64,000 nucleotides of DNA from an uncultured delta proteobacterium (GCA_963727445.1 CAVSGI010000014.1:320001-384000), one strand, 5' to 3'. Shown: positions 49,101-59,211, counted from the first letter of the stretch. Notes: a model not told the origin generated them from the letters alone. Numbers and translations: made by a program.

Positions 49101-50164
49101 CCGTCGATGCGCGCGTGGCGCGGGGTGAGAGCGCTCGACAGGTCCAGCCGCGACAGCTCGCGGGCGAGCGCTTCGGGGCCCTCTGCGCCCACGCGCCGGA
49201 AATGACTGACGCCCGAGCGGTAATGCGGGTCGTTTTCGTAGCGATACGCGTCGACCTCGTCGTTCATCGCGGCGCGAAAGCCCTCGAGCTTGTGGTCGCG
49301 GGCGACGGCGCGGACCGCGTTGCCGCCGGGCCCGGCGAGGCGGCGGCGCGCGTCGGCTCGGCCCCGCTCGAAGAGCTCGCCGCGGCCTTCGCTGTCCCAG
49401 CCCTGCGTGCCCGCCGCGAGGCCGTCGGTGTAGCTGCGGAAGGCATGACCATACTCGGCCTGGGCTTCGGCGAAGGCGTCGGGCTGCTCGCGCCGGCCGC
49501 GTTCGGCGGTCTCGTAGGCCCGGTCGAAGGTCTCCTGGTCGCAGGTGCGGAGCGAATTGCGCATCGCTTGGCGATCGGCTGGGCTGAGGTCGCGCAGAGA
49601 AGCGGCGATGCCCGCGGCCCAGCCGGGGCTGCCGGTACCGAGACCACCGAAGGCGGCGCGAAGCAGCCCGTTGGTGGTGCCACGCGCGCGGACGGTCATG
49701 AAATCGTGGATGACGAGAGCATACCCGGCGATGATCGCCGCCGGGACCGTGAAGAACTCCGCAGCCGCGGCGCCAGTGACACCCGCCGCATGCGCCACGA
49801 AGTTGCCGATGTGCGCGGCGTCCGCTGCGATGCCGATGCCTTCCACCGCGTGGAAGTGCGGCTCCACGCTCCCCGGCACGACGGCGACGTCCTCGTCGAG
49901 TCGCAGCGTCGCATCGCGCGCGGACGCCGGCAGCGCGTCCTGGAGGTCCTGCATCGCGCCGCGCAGCGCCTCTGCGTCCTCGCCATCGAGGCGCTCGAGG
50001 GTGCGCTGAGCCTTGTCGAGGAGCGACCGCGCGCCAGCGACGTCACCGCTGCCGGCGCGGATGTTGTCGGCACACTCCTCGAGGCGCGCGCCCATCTCCT
50101 CACCCGTCGGCGGGGCGTCCGCCCGGTACCGATGTCCCGCCACGTCGATCTTCGGATCACTCAT
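49097..50164 (-). CDS. Hypothetical helical protein with central Ala/Gly hydrophobic hairpin
   Basis: Good codon bias; start overlaps the upstream stop (ATGA). Confidence 0.7.
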   Translation of the reverse strand: MSDPKIDVAGHRYRADAPPTGEEMGARLEECADNIRAGSGDVAGARSLLDKAQRTLERLDGEDAEALRGAMQDLQDALPASARDATLRLDEDVAVVPGSVEPHFHAVEGIGIAADAAHIGNFVAHAAGVTGAAAAEFFTVPAAIIAGYALVIHDFMTVRARGTTNGLLRAAFGGLGTGSPGWAAGIAASLRDLSPADRQAMRNSLRTCDQETFDRAYETAERGRREQPDAFAEAQAEYGHAFRSYTDGLAAGTQGWDSEGRGELFERGRADARRRLAGPGGNAVRAVARDHKLEGFRAAMNDEVDAYRYENDPHYRSGVSHFRRVGAEGPEALARELSRLDLSSALTPRHARIDG

Positions 50165-50883
50165 CGCATCCCTCCCATCATCTCCAGCTGCTGGCGGAGC
50201 ACCGGCTCCGCGATCTCTTCGAGGGCGACGCGCAGCCTTCGCTGCACGCGCGGGCCGGCGCCGGAGAGCGCCTCGAAGGCGCGGCGGCGTGCGGCGGCCG
50301 GCGCCTTCGGGTCACTCGCGATCGCGAGGAGCTCAGCGTCCGTCACCGGCTCTTCGCGGTAGGAGCCGTCACGCGCGGCGCCCTTCGCCTCGGCGCGCTC
50401 GAGCAGCGCGAGGTTCGAGGGCTCGGTGGCTCGGTAAGCGGATTGCGCCGAGAGGATGGCCTCTTCCAGCTCTTCCGAGCTCTCGCAGCCGATGACCACC
50501 TCTTCGCCGTTTTCGAGCGTGAGGCGCACGCGATCCATTCCCTGGGCGCGGACGTCGGCGAGGGCGCCGTAGGGGACGAAGCGCGCGGCGCGGGAGCCCC
50601 GGATGGCCACGCCATCGGTGCCCACGTCGACGAAGCCGGCGCGTCCCCAGGTGGAGCCGATCCCGGTCCGGCCGAGCAGCCGCGTACGGAGACCGTGCGC
50701 GATGGCGTAGATGACGTTCAGTCCGAATCCGATGCCAATGGAGGCTTCGAGCGGGACGCCGAGGAAGGGAAGCCCGATGGCGGCGTAGGCGCCGCCGACG
50801 CCCAACCCCATCAACACGGGCCAGAGCGGCCAGGTGTGCTTGCGCTGAAATCTCCGGGCGCTCCGGCCCTTTGTCGCCATCAT
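50161..50883 (-). CDS. Membrane protein (2 TM) with PH-like and helical C-terminal region
   Basis: Two TM helices and GSYRE motif. Confidence 0.7.
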   Translation of the reverse strand: MMATKGRSARRFQRKHTWPLWPVLMGLGVGGAYAAIGLPFLGVPLEASIGIGFGLNVIYAIAHGLRTRLLGRTGIGSTWGRAGFVDVGTDGVAIRGSRAARFVPYGALADVRAQGMDRVRLTLENGEEVVIGCESSEELEEAILSAQSAYRATEPSNLALLERAEAKGAARDGSYREEPVTDAELLAIASDPKAPAAARRRAFEALSGAGPRVQRRLRVALEEIAEPVLRQQLEMMGGMR

Positions 50884-50970
50884 GCGCGCTTATCGCGGGG
50901 GCGCCCGGCCAGTTGCTTGGAAAGACCCGAGGAGTCGACTCCGGACCCCCGCCGGCAGTACGCTCGCGTC

Positions 50971-52357
50971 ATGTCGACACGCGACGTCGAGAACCTCCTC
51001 GAGTTGCTGAACGAGGCGCTGCGGCAGGACGAGCTCGGCCTGGCCGTCAAGCTCGTCGCCGAGGTCGAGGCGCTCGAGCCGGAAGAAGCGCGCTGGGCAC
51101 ACCGCAAAGGCGACCTCTTGGCGCGGATGGACCGGACCGACGAGGCGGTGGCGAGCTTCGAGAGGGCGGTGGATTCTGTACGCCCGCGAGGGTTTCCTGA
51201 CGCGGGCCGTGGCGATGGCCAAGGTGATCCTCGGCCTCGATCCGAGCCGGACCGACGTCATCGAGCGGGTCGATCCCGAGGCGGCCCGGGAGCTTCATCG
51301 GCGTCACCGCACCATCGCCCAGGGACGGGCCACCGACGGTGCGGAGAAGCGGCAGCGGGTCTCGAAGCTGGGGCCGGCGCCCTACCCCGCGCTCGCGCCC
51401 GCCGACGACGCCGAAGAGGACGAGGTGCGCTTCGCGGATGCGCCGTCGATCGAGATCGAGGTGACGCTGGCCGAGGTCGGCGACCGCGCGAGCTACCCCG
51501 AGATCACCGTCGAAGGCGTGAGCGAAGAGGAGCTCCAGCTCTCGGACGAGCCCGAGGCGCGCCCGCCCACCGCCGACCAGCTTGCGCGCCTGCCCGCGTT
51601 TCCCGTCTTCGCAGAGCTGCCGCGTGACGCGTTTCAGAAGTTGGCGGCCCGAGCGGAGCTCGTCGAGGTCGGTGACGGCGAGATCGTCCTCGAGACGGGC
51701 GAGCTCGCGGACTCGCTCTACGCCATCGTCGAGGGTCGGGTGCGCGTCGACGTGCCGGGCATGGCGCCGGCGCAGGCGGTCTTTCTGGGCGAGGGGGACG
51801 TCTTCGGCGAGTCCTGCCTGGTCGAGGGCGCGACGCGAAAGGCCGACGTGGTCGCGGCCGGCAAGCTCGTCGCGCTGCGCATCGCCGAGGCCGATCTCGA
51901 AGAGATGGTCGAAGCGCACCCGACGATCGGCGACGTGATGTTCGACCTGCTCACGCGGCGCGTCGTCGGAAACCTGATGGTGACCTCCCCGCTCTTCGCC
52001 GGCTTCGACCCATCGACGCGCGCCGAGATCGCCAAGCTCTTCGAAGCGCGCAAGGCCGAGGACGGTCAGCTGATCACCGAGCGCGGCAAGCGCTGCGACG
52101 GCCTCTACGTGCTGCTCGCGGGGACGCTCGAGATGGACACGGGCGATGGCTCGGAGCTGGTCGAGCCAATCACCATGTTCGGCCAGGGCTCGCTCTTCTC
52201 GCACGAGCCGGTGGCGCACACCGTCCGCTGCATCGGCGAGGCGCTGCTCTTGCGTCTACCGGCGAGCGGCTTCCTTCAGCTCGCGGCGCTCTATCCGACG
52301 GTGCTGGCGGAGCTCTCCGAGCTGGCGGCGCTGCCCGCGGCCGTTCAGCTGATGTGA
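50971..52357 (+). CDS. TPR + tandem cNMP-binding domain protein; frameshifted at ~51174
   Basis: N-terminal TPR. Deleting one T gives ...AVDLYAREGFLTRAVAMAKVIL, joining ORF 51209-52357, which has two cNMP domains (LGEGDVFGE..R.ADV). Confidence 0.85.
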
Positions 52358-53217
52358 CCGGCCGGCCACGTGAGGACGGGCCCCTCGTCACCGATCGCGA
52401 CGACGAAGTCCATCTGCGCGCCCGCGACCCGTAGCACCTCGCCGTGCTTCAGCGCACGGTTCTCTCGCCCCAGGACGTCGCAGGCGACGAGGAGCGCGTC
52501 GTAGGCGACGTCGATCTCGGCGTCGAAGATCCGGGACGACATGTCCACCGCGACGGGCTCGAAGCCGAAGGGGCTCAGGCCCTGCGCGACGAGCAGGCGC
52601 CGGTCGGCGGTGAAGCCGATGTCCACCCACGCACCGAGGGGCGCGCTGTCGAGATCGGAGACGTCGCCGCTCCACTCGAGCCAGCTGTCGACCGGCACGA
52701 CGACCACGCCCGCGCGCAAGAGGACGACGCCCGTCGCGAGAGGAGCGAGCTTCTGGACGATGGATGTGAGGCGGCGCATGTGGCCGTCCGCGGCCCACGG
52801 GTCGGGGACCGAGGCCGACACGCGGCGCGTGGCGATCTCGACGTCGGGGAGCCCGGCGGAGATGGCGATGAAGCCGTTGCCGAAGTCGAAGCCGTCGTCG
52901 CACAGACGCAGGTCGCCCTCGTCCGCGGGGAACGGCTCACGGCCGACGAGCACTTCCATCTTCCGCCCGCCGGTGTGAAGGCGCGGCGTGGGATCGAATT
53001 CGAGGGTCGCTTCGTCGAGCACGCCCGCGTCCTCGAGGAGCGCGTAGATCCCGTCGGGGCTCAGGTCGGGCGCTTCGTCGAGAAGGACGACCACCGTGCC
53101 GATCTGGAGCGCGCGCTCGACGGCCTCGCCCTGAGGGAGCAGCCCTTCGGGGCGAAGCTCCCGAACCTCGCTTCCGCGACGCCTCTTCGCCCCACCGATC
53201 CAGTCGAGCCACCCCAT
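52345..53217 (-). CDS. Hypothetical protein
   Basis: MGWLDWIGG start and alpha/beta composition; no confident family. Confidence 0.65.
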   Translation of the reverse strand: MGWLDWIGGAKRRRGSEVRELRPEGLLPQGEAVERALQIGTVVVLLDEAPDLSPDGIYALLEDAGVLDEATLEFDPTPRLHTGGRKMEVLVGREPFPADEGDLRLCDDGFDFGNGFIAISAGLPDVEIATRRVSASVPDPWAADGHMRRLTSIVQKLAPLATGVVLLRAGVVVVPVDSWLEWSGDVSDLDSAPLGAWVDIGFTADRRLLVAQGLSPFGFEPVAVDMSSRIFDAEIDVAYDALLVACDVLGRENRALKHGEVLRVAGAQMDFVVAIGDEGPVLTWPAGHIS

Positions 53218-53276
53218 GGCGGTGGATCGATCCCCCCGTGGCCGGCGCGGTCAAGCGTCTTGTCCGGGACCGAGCC

Positions 53277-53972
53277 TCATGGGCAGGTGCCGCGCTGGCA
53301 GACGCCGGTGCAACACGTGGAATTTCCACCGCGGCAGCGGTTTCCGCAGGAGCCGCAGTTGGACGGGTCCGCCGTCAGGTCGAAGTCCTCGTCCACCGAC
53401 CCGTCGCAATCGTCGTCGGCGCCGTTGCACGTTTCGGTGGAGGGCACGCACATCGGCGAGGTGTCGGCGCGGGCATCCGGGGGGCTCGCGTCGGAGACGA
53501 CGCCCCCATCGCTCCGCGGCACGGTGCCGTCCCAATCGGAGAGCGTGCTCGAATCGACGTCCATGCTGCCGCAGGTGCCGGAAGCGAGACAGGTGGTGTC
53601 GCCGGTGCACGCCACACGCGCGCACGCCGAGGCGAGCGTGATGGGCAGCACCAGCACGCGACCTTCGATGAAGTCGAGGCGCGCCTTTCGTTCGACGACC
53701 AGGCTGCCGCCGGCGGAGCCCTGCACGTGCACGAGCACCGGGCCGAGCGGCCCGTTTTCGTGGGCGACGCCGACGGTGCGGGGAAAAGGACGGTCCGCGA
53801 TGCTGCCGCTCGCGCTCTTCAAGTCGCCCGCGGGCGGCGTGACCAGGACCGTCACCGTGTCGAGGCCGCCCACCTCGCTGTCGACGACGACGAAGATCTC
53901 GGTCGGCGTACCGCAGCCGCTGGCCAAGCCCGCGAGCAAGGTGAACGCGGTGATGAGGGCGCGCGCGCTCAA
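53277..53972 (-). CDS. Lipoprotein with Cys-rich ETCNG.DDDCDG motif
   Basis: LASGC lipobox and ETCNGADDDCDGSVDE. TTG start overlaps the upstream TGA. Confidence 0.78.
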   Translation of the reverse strand: MSARALITAFTLLAGLASGCGTPTEIFVVVDSEVGGLDTVTVLVTPPAGDLKSASGSIADRPFPRTVGVAHENGPLGPVLVHVQGSAGGSLVVERKARLDFIEGRVLVLPITLASACARVACTGDTTCLASGTCGSMDVDSSTLSDWDGTVPRSDGGVVSDASPPDARADTSPMCVPSTETCNGADDDCDGSVDEDFDLTADPSNCGSCGNRCRGGNSTCCTGVCQRGTCP

Positions 53973-54601
53973 AACCGAAGCACTCCGGGCATGAGGTCTC
54001 CTTCGACGGGCGGGCCGGGGGAGCTCGCCACCGCCGCGATCACGACGATGAGCACCACGGCGGCGATCACGCCGCCGCCGACCCACCACGCCCAGGCCGG
54101 GATCGCGAAGCCGCCTCCGTCCTCCTCATCCTCGCCCGCGTCCTGCAGGGGCTCTGTTTGGTACGCGTCATCGGCGCTGTCGGCGTCATCCGCGTCATCC
54201 GCGTCGTCGGCGACGAGGTAGTTGTCCTCGTGCTCCGTCTCTCCCATGGCGCTGGGCCTCGCGGCCGGCTCGATGCGAATGGGGCCCTCGCTCACCGCCC
54301 GTGGCGGCGCCACGTCGAGCTCGACGTGCACGTCGCCTCCGCGCGGCACCTCCGCGTCGGCGGAGGAGACGACCTCACCGTCGCGTCGCGCTTCGACGAG
54401 GTGTGAGCCGAGCTCGACGCGCGTCGGCCGGCCCCAGTGTTCACGGGTGAGGAGCTGGCCGTCGACCAGCACCTGCACGCCGTCGGTGTCTCCGCTGACC
54501 TCGACGATCAGCCGCCCGTGCACGCGTTCGAGGCGGCCCTGCGCTCGGGCGGTCGTGGTCGCGCTGGCGAGCACCAGCACGGTGAGGATGGCGGCGCGCA
54601 T
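53969..54601 (-). CDS. PEGA-domain exported protein with C-terminal hydrophobic segment
   Basis: Signal peptide, VQVLVDG...G.H.VEARRDG, WWVGGGVIAAVV, ends LRF. Confidence 0.78.
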   Translation of the reverse strand: MRAAILTVLVLASATTTARAQGRLERVHGRLIVEVSGDTDGVQVLVDGQLLTREHWGRPTRVELGSHLVEARRDGEVVSSADAEVPRGGDVHVELDVAPPRAVSEGPIRIEPAARPSAMGETEHEDNYLVADDADDADDADSADDAYQTEPLQDAGEDEEDGGGFAIPAWAWWVGGGVIAAVVLIVVIAAVASSPGPPVEGDLMPGVLRF

Positions 54602-54618
54602 CGCCTACGAGCTTACAC

Positions 54619-56133
54619 TCATTGCCCGTCGTCGTTCTCGTCGTCGTCCTCGTCGTCGTCACTTTGGCCCGGAAGCGGGCGCTCGGTGCCGCGCCAGCCC
54701 CCGCCCAGGGCCTGGTAGAGCGTCACGGTCGCGATCATCTGGCGCTGCTTCATCTCGATCAGCTCCATCTGAGCCTCGAGGGAGTCGCGCCGGGTGGTCA
54801 GCACTTCGAGGTAGTCGGCGCGCGCCGAGTTGAAGAGCCGCATCGCGATGTCGATCGATTCGATCAGGCGGTCGACCTGCTGCTGCTTCAGCTCGTAGCT
54901 CTGGGCGATGTTTCGGATCAGCGCGACGCGGTTGCTGACCTCGATGAAGGCCGTGAGGATCGCGCGCTCGTATTGTAGGACGGCCTGCATCTGACGCGAG
55001 TTGGCGGAGTAGTAGTCCGCCCTCAGGCCTGTTCGGTTGAGCAGAGGCGCGAAGACGCTGGCGAAGAGCCCGTAGAGGAGCGAGTCCGGCGTGTTGACCA
55101 GCTTGGTGATGTCGTAGGACTGGTACCCGATCACCCCTTCGATCCCCAGCGTCGGATAGAAGGCGGCCCGCGCCGCGGAGACGTCGAGCTGCGCGGCCTC
55201 GAGCTGGAGCTCCGCCTGAAGCACGTCGGGGCGATTTTCGAGGAGATCCGACGGCACGCCGACGCTGATCGCCGGCGGCTCGAGGTCCATGAATCCGGCG
55301 GTGGAGCGCTCGACCGGCTGCGGGAAGCGGCCCACCAGGAAATTGATGCGGTTCTCGGCCTCGACGATCTGCTGCTGGATCGTGTACTGACGGCTCTGGT
55401 AGTTGCGCAACTCGGCCTCGAACCTCGCCACCGCGAGGGAGGTCGTCCGCGCCGCCTGCAGCTGCAATCGCACGATCTGCAGCGAGTTCTCCATGAGCGC
55501 GATGTTGTTCTGGACCACCTCGAGCTGCCGATCGAGGGCCATCAGCTCGTAGTAGCTGCTCGCGATCTCCGTCACCAAACGGGTGACCATGAAGTTCCGC
55601 CCCTGCATGCTGGCGAGGTAGCGGTAGACCGCCGCGTTGGCGAGATTCCTGAGGCGTCCCCAGATGTCGATCTCCCAGCCTGCGTAGAGACCGAAGGAGT
55701 AGCTCTGCAGGTTGTCCGGGATGTCGAGATTCTCGTCGCTCTGGCCCTGGCTGGTGAACTGCCCGACGTGCTCGACGCCGGCCCCCGCCCCGAAACCGAG
55801 ACGCGGCAGGTACTCGCCGCGGGCCGCCAGGATCTCGTTGTTGGTGATCAGGATCTCCTGAACGGTGATGTTCAGCTCCTGGTTGTTGTCGAGCGCGGTA
55901 TCGATCAACGCGACGAGATGCGGGTCGGTGAAGAACGTCTGCCACTCCACGAGCCCGGAGTTCGAGGAGTCGCGAAGGCCTGCGAAGGCGTCGGGGACGT
56001 TGGTGTTGGGATCGCGCGCTGCCCCCTGCGGCAGCGACGGCGCGCAGCTCGCCAGGATCAGCGAAGTCATCCCGAGGGCGATGGCGCGCTGAAACGAACG
56101 AGACCTCCAAATGGAGCTCGTGGACCCCCCCAA
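54619..56133 (-). CDS. Outer-membrane efflux factor lipoprotein (TolC/NodT/OprM family)
   Basis: LASC lipobox, W..FF.DP.L..LI..AL.NN, WEIDIWG, PSDLLENRPDV, LYQALGGGW. Start uncertain (56070-56163). Confidence 0.92.
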   Translation of the reverse strand: MGGSTSSIWRSRSFQRAIALGMTSLILASCAPSLPQGAARDPNTNVPDAFAGLRDSSNSGLVEWQTFFTDPHLVALIDTALDNNQELNITVQEILITNNEILAARGEYLPRLGFGAGAGVEHVGQFTSQGQSDENLDIPDNLQSYSFGLYAGWEIDIWGRLRNLANAAVYRYLASMQGRNFMVTRLVTEIASSYYELMALDRQLEVVQNNIALMENSLQIVRLQLQAARTTSLAVARFEAELRNYQSRQYTIQQQIVEAENRINFLVGRFPQPVERSTAGFMDLEPPAISVGVPSDLLENRPDVLQAELQLEAAQLDVSAARAAFYPTLGIEGVIGYQSYDITKLVNTPDSLLYGLFASVFAPLLNRTGLRADYYSANSRQMQAVLQYERAILTAFIEVSNRVALIRNIAQSYELKQQQVDRLIESIDIAMRLFNSARADYLEVLTTRRDSLEAQMELIEMKQRQMIATVTLYQALGGGWRGTERPLPGQSDDDEDDDENDDGQ

Positions 56134-56252
56134 CTTGGTTCTGTTCGAAGATGATTGGCGCACAGCGGTCTTCGGATAGGCCCGACGACCACAATGGTCA
56201 AGCATGTTTAGACGGCACAAGTGCTCGTCACAAAAGGACAAAGCGCGTCATT

Positions 56253-56281
56253 GGGGAAATTTCCCCGGGGAGAATCTCCCC
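56253..56281. promoter_or_regulatory. Two abutting palindromes (operator-like) upstream of the OM efflux factor
   Basis: GGGGAAATTTCCCC (perfect) immediately followed by GGGGAGA-A-TCTCCCC. Confidence 0.6.
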
Positions 56282-56365
56282 ACTGCTCAAATGCACCGAA
56301 GGGGACTGAAATTGCCGCCCCCCCTTGGCTGGGGCAGGACGCGCAAGAAGTGTACAGCGCTTACC

Positions 56366-57062
56366 TCAGCGCGGCGCGATCCCCTCGCCACTCCGCACGC
56401 GCTTCTTCACTGCCCCGAAGTCGGCGAACCCGTCCACGGCGACGATTGGGTTGCCCGCTTCGTCCTCCTCGTCGTAGGTCGTGAGCAGCGCCCGATCCAC
56501 CAACTCGAGCACCCTCGGATCGTCCAAGCCGATCATCTCGACCGTGTTCTTGGCTTCGATGCGGTACGGGTTGCCGATCGCATGGTCCGCCTCGAAGGTT
56601 CCGCCGACCTCGAAGTGGTGCTCCTCCGGGTAGAAGAGCCCTGCGCGGACGTCTCCCGAAACGAGGGCCGAACAGTCGTTGTAGTCGCCCACGAGATGCC
56701 CGGTGACCGACAGGTCTCCGTGCACCTCGAGCCACCCCGCGGTCACCACGTCGCGCGCCTTCATCGACCCCGTCACGAGCAGGTGCGACTCCGGGTCGTC
56801 GTAGTCCGAGTAGCACCCGTCGACGATCGAGATCCCCGCGCACGAACAGGACGTAGGCCCCCTCGCGGGCGAGGTCGAGGTCGCCTTCGACGTGCAGGTC
56901 GGAATCCACGACGAAGATGTCGGCCTGGTAGTGCTCGAGCTCGTCGATGCCGCTCCGCACTGCCGCCACCAGGTAGTCGCGACGAAAGAGCCCCGCCAGC
57001 TCCTTTGCCTCGTCCAACGACGAGGTGCCCTGCTTCACGCTGCGTGCGTTCGAAATCGTCAT
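56366..57062 (-). CDS. Beta-helix (bactofilin-like L.V.GDL repeat) hypothetical protein; frameshifted at ~56828
   Basis: Repeats DLHVEGDL, LFVRGDL, LLVTGSM, LEVHGDL, LSVTGHL, LVSGDV across two frames, joined by removing one base. Confidence 0.65.
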
Positions 57063-57513
57063 CGCCCGAGTCTGCCCAACTCGTGCCCTCCGAGCGAGGA
57101 TTTCGGCAACGGACCAGGCGGAGGAGATCCGAACCTGGGTGGCGCCCGCCGTGCCGGTTCACGACATCGACGACGCTGAACGACTCACCATTTTCGAAAG
57201 GTGCTGCGTCGCGCGCGGTCAGCTCCGCGCCGTCGAACGATCCGCCTCCCCGTAAAGGAATTGGGCGGATCGGGCGGGTTGTGGAAGTGCTTGGGATTGC
57301 TTGGTTAGCGAAATGATAACCGGGAGTTGAACCGCATCACCGTGTCACGGGACGTCACGCGAGATCACGTCATCGCCCAGAGTGATGTCAACCACGCGTC
57401 AACGGGATCGGTCGTCCGGCGGTGCGCGACGCGGATCAGATTCGCGATGGGGACCCGCTGAAGAAGAGTCTTCGCGCGATCGAACACTTGGCCGCGTACG
57501 CCACGACCTACCG

Positions 57514-58809
57514 CTATCCGTTTCCCGTCAGGCAGACGGATTCGAGCACCCTTCCGAGGAAGAGGAGCTCTCCCGTCGGTCGGTCCACGATGAAATAGAG
57601 GAACGGACGGTCCAGGGCGATCTCGGCTGGCTCGGGCGCACTGACTCGGCCCACGACCACGGCGGTCGCGGCGGCCGCTTCGGTGCCGGCCTCGTTCACG
57701 GCGATGAACGCCTTGTGGAGCACGGATTGGATGAAAAGGGTGTGCGTCCCGTCCATTCCCGAGAAATCGGCGGCGCCCGAGAACGCATCCGTCATCCCGA
57801 GGGCCATCAGCGCGTCGTTCAGCCCGAACGCGGACTCGTACTCGAACTTCGGCATGGTCACCGCCACTCTGTAGTCCGAGAGCTCGCTCATGATCGTCTG
57901 ATAGGTCGTCTCGTTCAGGCCCGCTTCGATCTCGTCGAATCGTCCCTCGTCAGGAAGAACGAGCACCATCGCGAGATCCGGCTCGTCGTACGCGAGCTCG
58001 ACGACGCGATAGCCCTCCCCTTCGGCGTAGCGATGCTCTTCGTCCTGGAACATCATCGGCACCGTCACCGTGTTTCCATCGAGGCGCGTGAACGCGCCGT
58101 CGTCGGTGTTGCTCTCCTCGAAGGGCTGGTTCCAGGCCGCGTTGAAGTAGATCGCGTTGGTGAGCACGAGCGTGGTGATCGGTGTGATGACGCCCATCGG
58201 GATGAGCTCCTGGATTCGGTTCTCGGTCCGCTCCTCCACCCAGTCGTTGATCACCATGCGCGAGCCTTCGGGATCGCTGCTGAAGTCGAGGAGGTACATA
58301 GGCGCGCCGTAGTTCTCCCCGAGGACGTCCAGGTAGCTGGGCAGGAACGTGTATCCCGTCTGGCCCCATGTCGCGTTGACGACGTTCAGGCGGAACGGCC
58401 CGTCGTCGCTTCCGCTCGCCTCGTCGCCCCGCGACATCAGCGCGAGGTCCGTCGCGTTCAGAGCGGGGTGCAGTCGCGCCTCGTCGATGAAATGCATCAC
58501 GTCACGCATCTGCGTCTCGGTGTTGCCCTCCGCACCGGCGTAGGTCATCGCGAGCGCGACCGAGATGCTGTAAGGCGACATGAAGAGGTTGCCATCCTCG
58601 TCCCGAAGCTCGCTGTACAAGTCGAACGCGAAGGCGCGGTTGCCCTCGGCCACCGCGTCGATGTCCGTCGCGGGAACGTCGGGGGAGGTAATCCTCGCCA
58701 TCTCGGACCGGAGCACGGTGGCGCCCACCGGGTCCGTAGGAGCCTCTTCGTCGCCGCAGGCGGCCAGCATCAGAAATGCCAAGAGCGAAGTCGTCGTGTA
58801 TCGCGTCAT
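57514..58809 (-). CDS. Serpin (serine protease inhibitor) lipoprotein
   Basis: LAAC lipobox, NLFMSPYSI, LVLTNAIYF, hinge EAGTEAAAAT, DRPFLYFI...LFLGRV. Confidence 0.95.
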   Translation of the reverse strand: MTRYTTTSLLAFLMLAACGDEEAPTDPVGATVLRSEMARITSPDVPATDIDAVAEGNRAFAFDLYSELRDEDGNLFMSPYSISVALAMTYAGAEGNTETQMRDVMHFIDEARLHPALNATDLALMSRGDEASGSDDGPFRLNVVNATWGQTGYTFLPSYLDVLGENYGAPMYLLDFSSDPEGSRMVINDWVEERTENRIQELIPMGVITPITTLVLTNAIYFNAAWNQPFEESNTDDGAFTRLDGNTVTVPMMFQDEEHRYAEGEGYRVVELAYDEPDLAMVLVLPDEGRFDEIEAGLNETTYQTIMSELSDYRVAVTMPKFEYESAFGLNDALMALGMTDAFSGAADFSGMDGTHTLFIQSVLHKAFIAVNEAGTEAAAATAVVVGRVSAPEPAEIALDRPFLYFIVDRPTGELLFLGRVLESVCLTGNG

Positions 58810-59211
58810 GTGGGTGAAATAGGCGCCCCTCTCGGCGCGACAACTCGGTCCCACCTTGCCCCCGGATCTCACGTGAGTACTTCCAAGTGACGTTCGAACG
58901 GAGGGGCGATGGGCAAGCGGGCAATGTCCATACTCAAGGGCATCGACGCGAGTGGGGAAGCTGTGACGACTGCGGAGCCGGACGCGGCGTCGCTGCAGCT
59001 CCCGGAGTCGGCCACCGCGATGTCGGCATCGTGTCGTGCCATCTGTCCTTCGTGGCGGCGGATCTCCCTCGAGGTGCGCTTCGACCCGCTCGCGCTCCCG
59101 ATCGAGAGCGGCCGCGATCACGTCCTTCTGGGCTTCCAACGCGCGGAGCCAGCGCTCACCGTCCACCGCCCAGCCCCGATGCTCGTTGAGCCAGTGGGAA
59201 AGGACCGAGCA

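Noticed and set aside
57302..57336. Second tRNA gene (GGTTCAACTCCC T-loop-like motif on the minus strand)
   Set aside because: The T-stem does not pair fully and no D-arm or anticodon arm can be built; kept only as a possible degenerate att echo.
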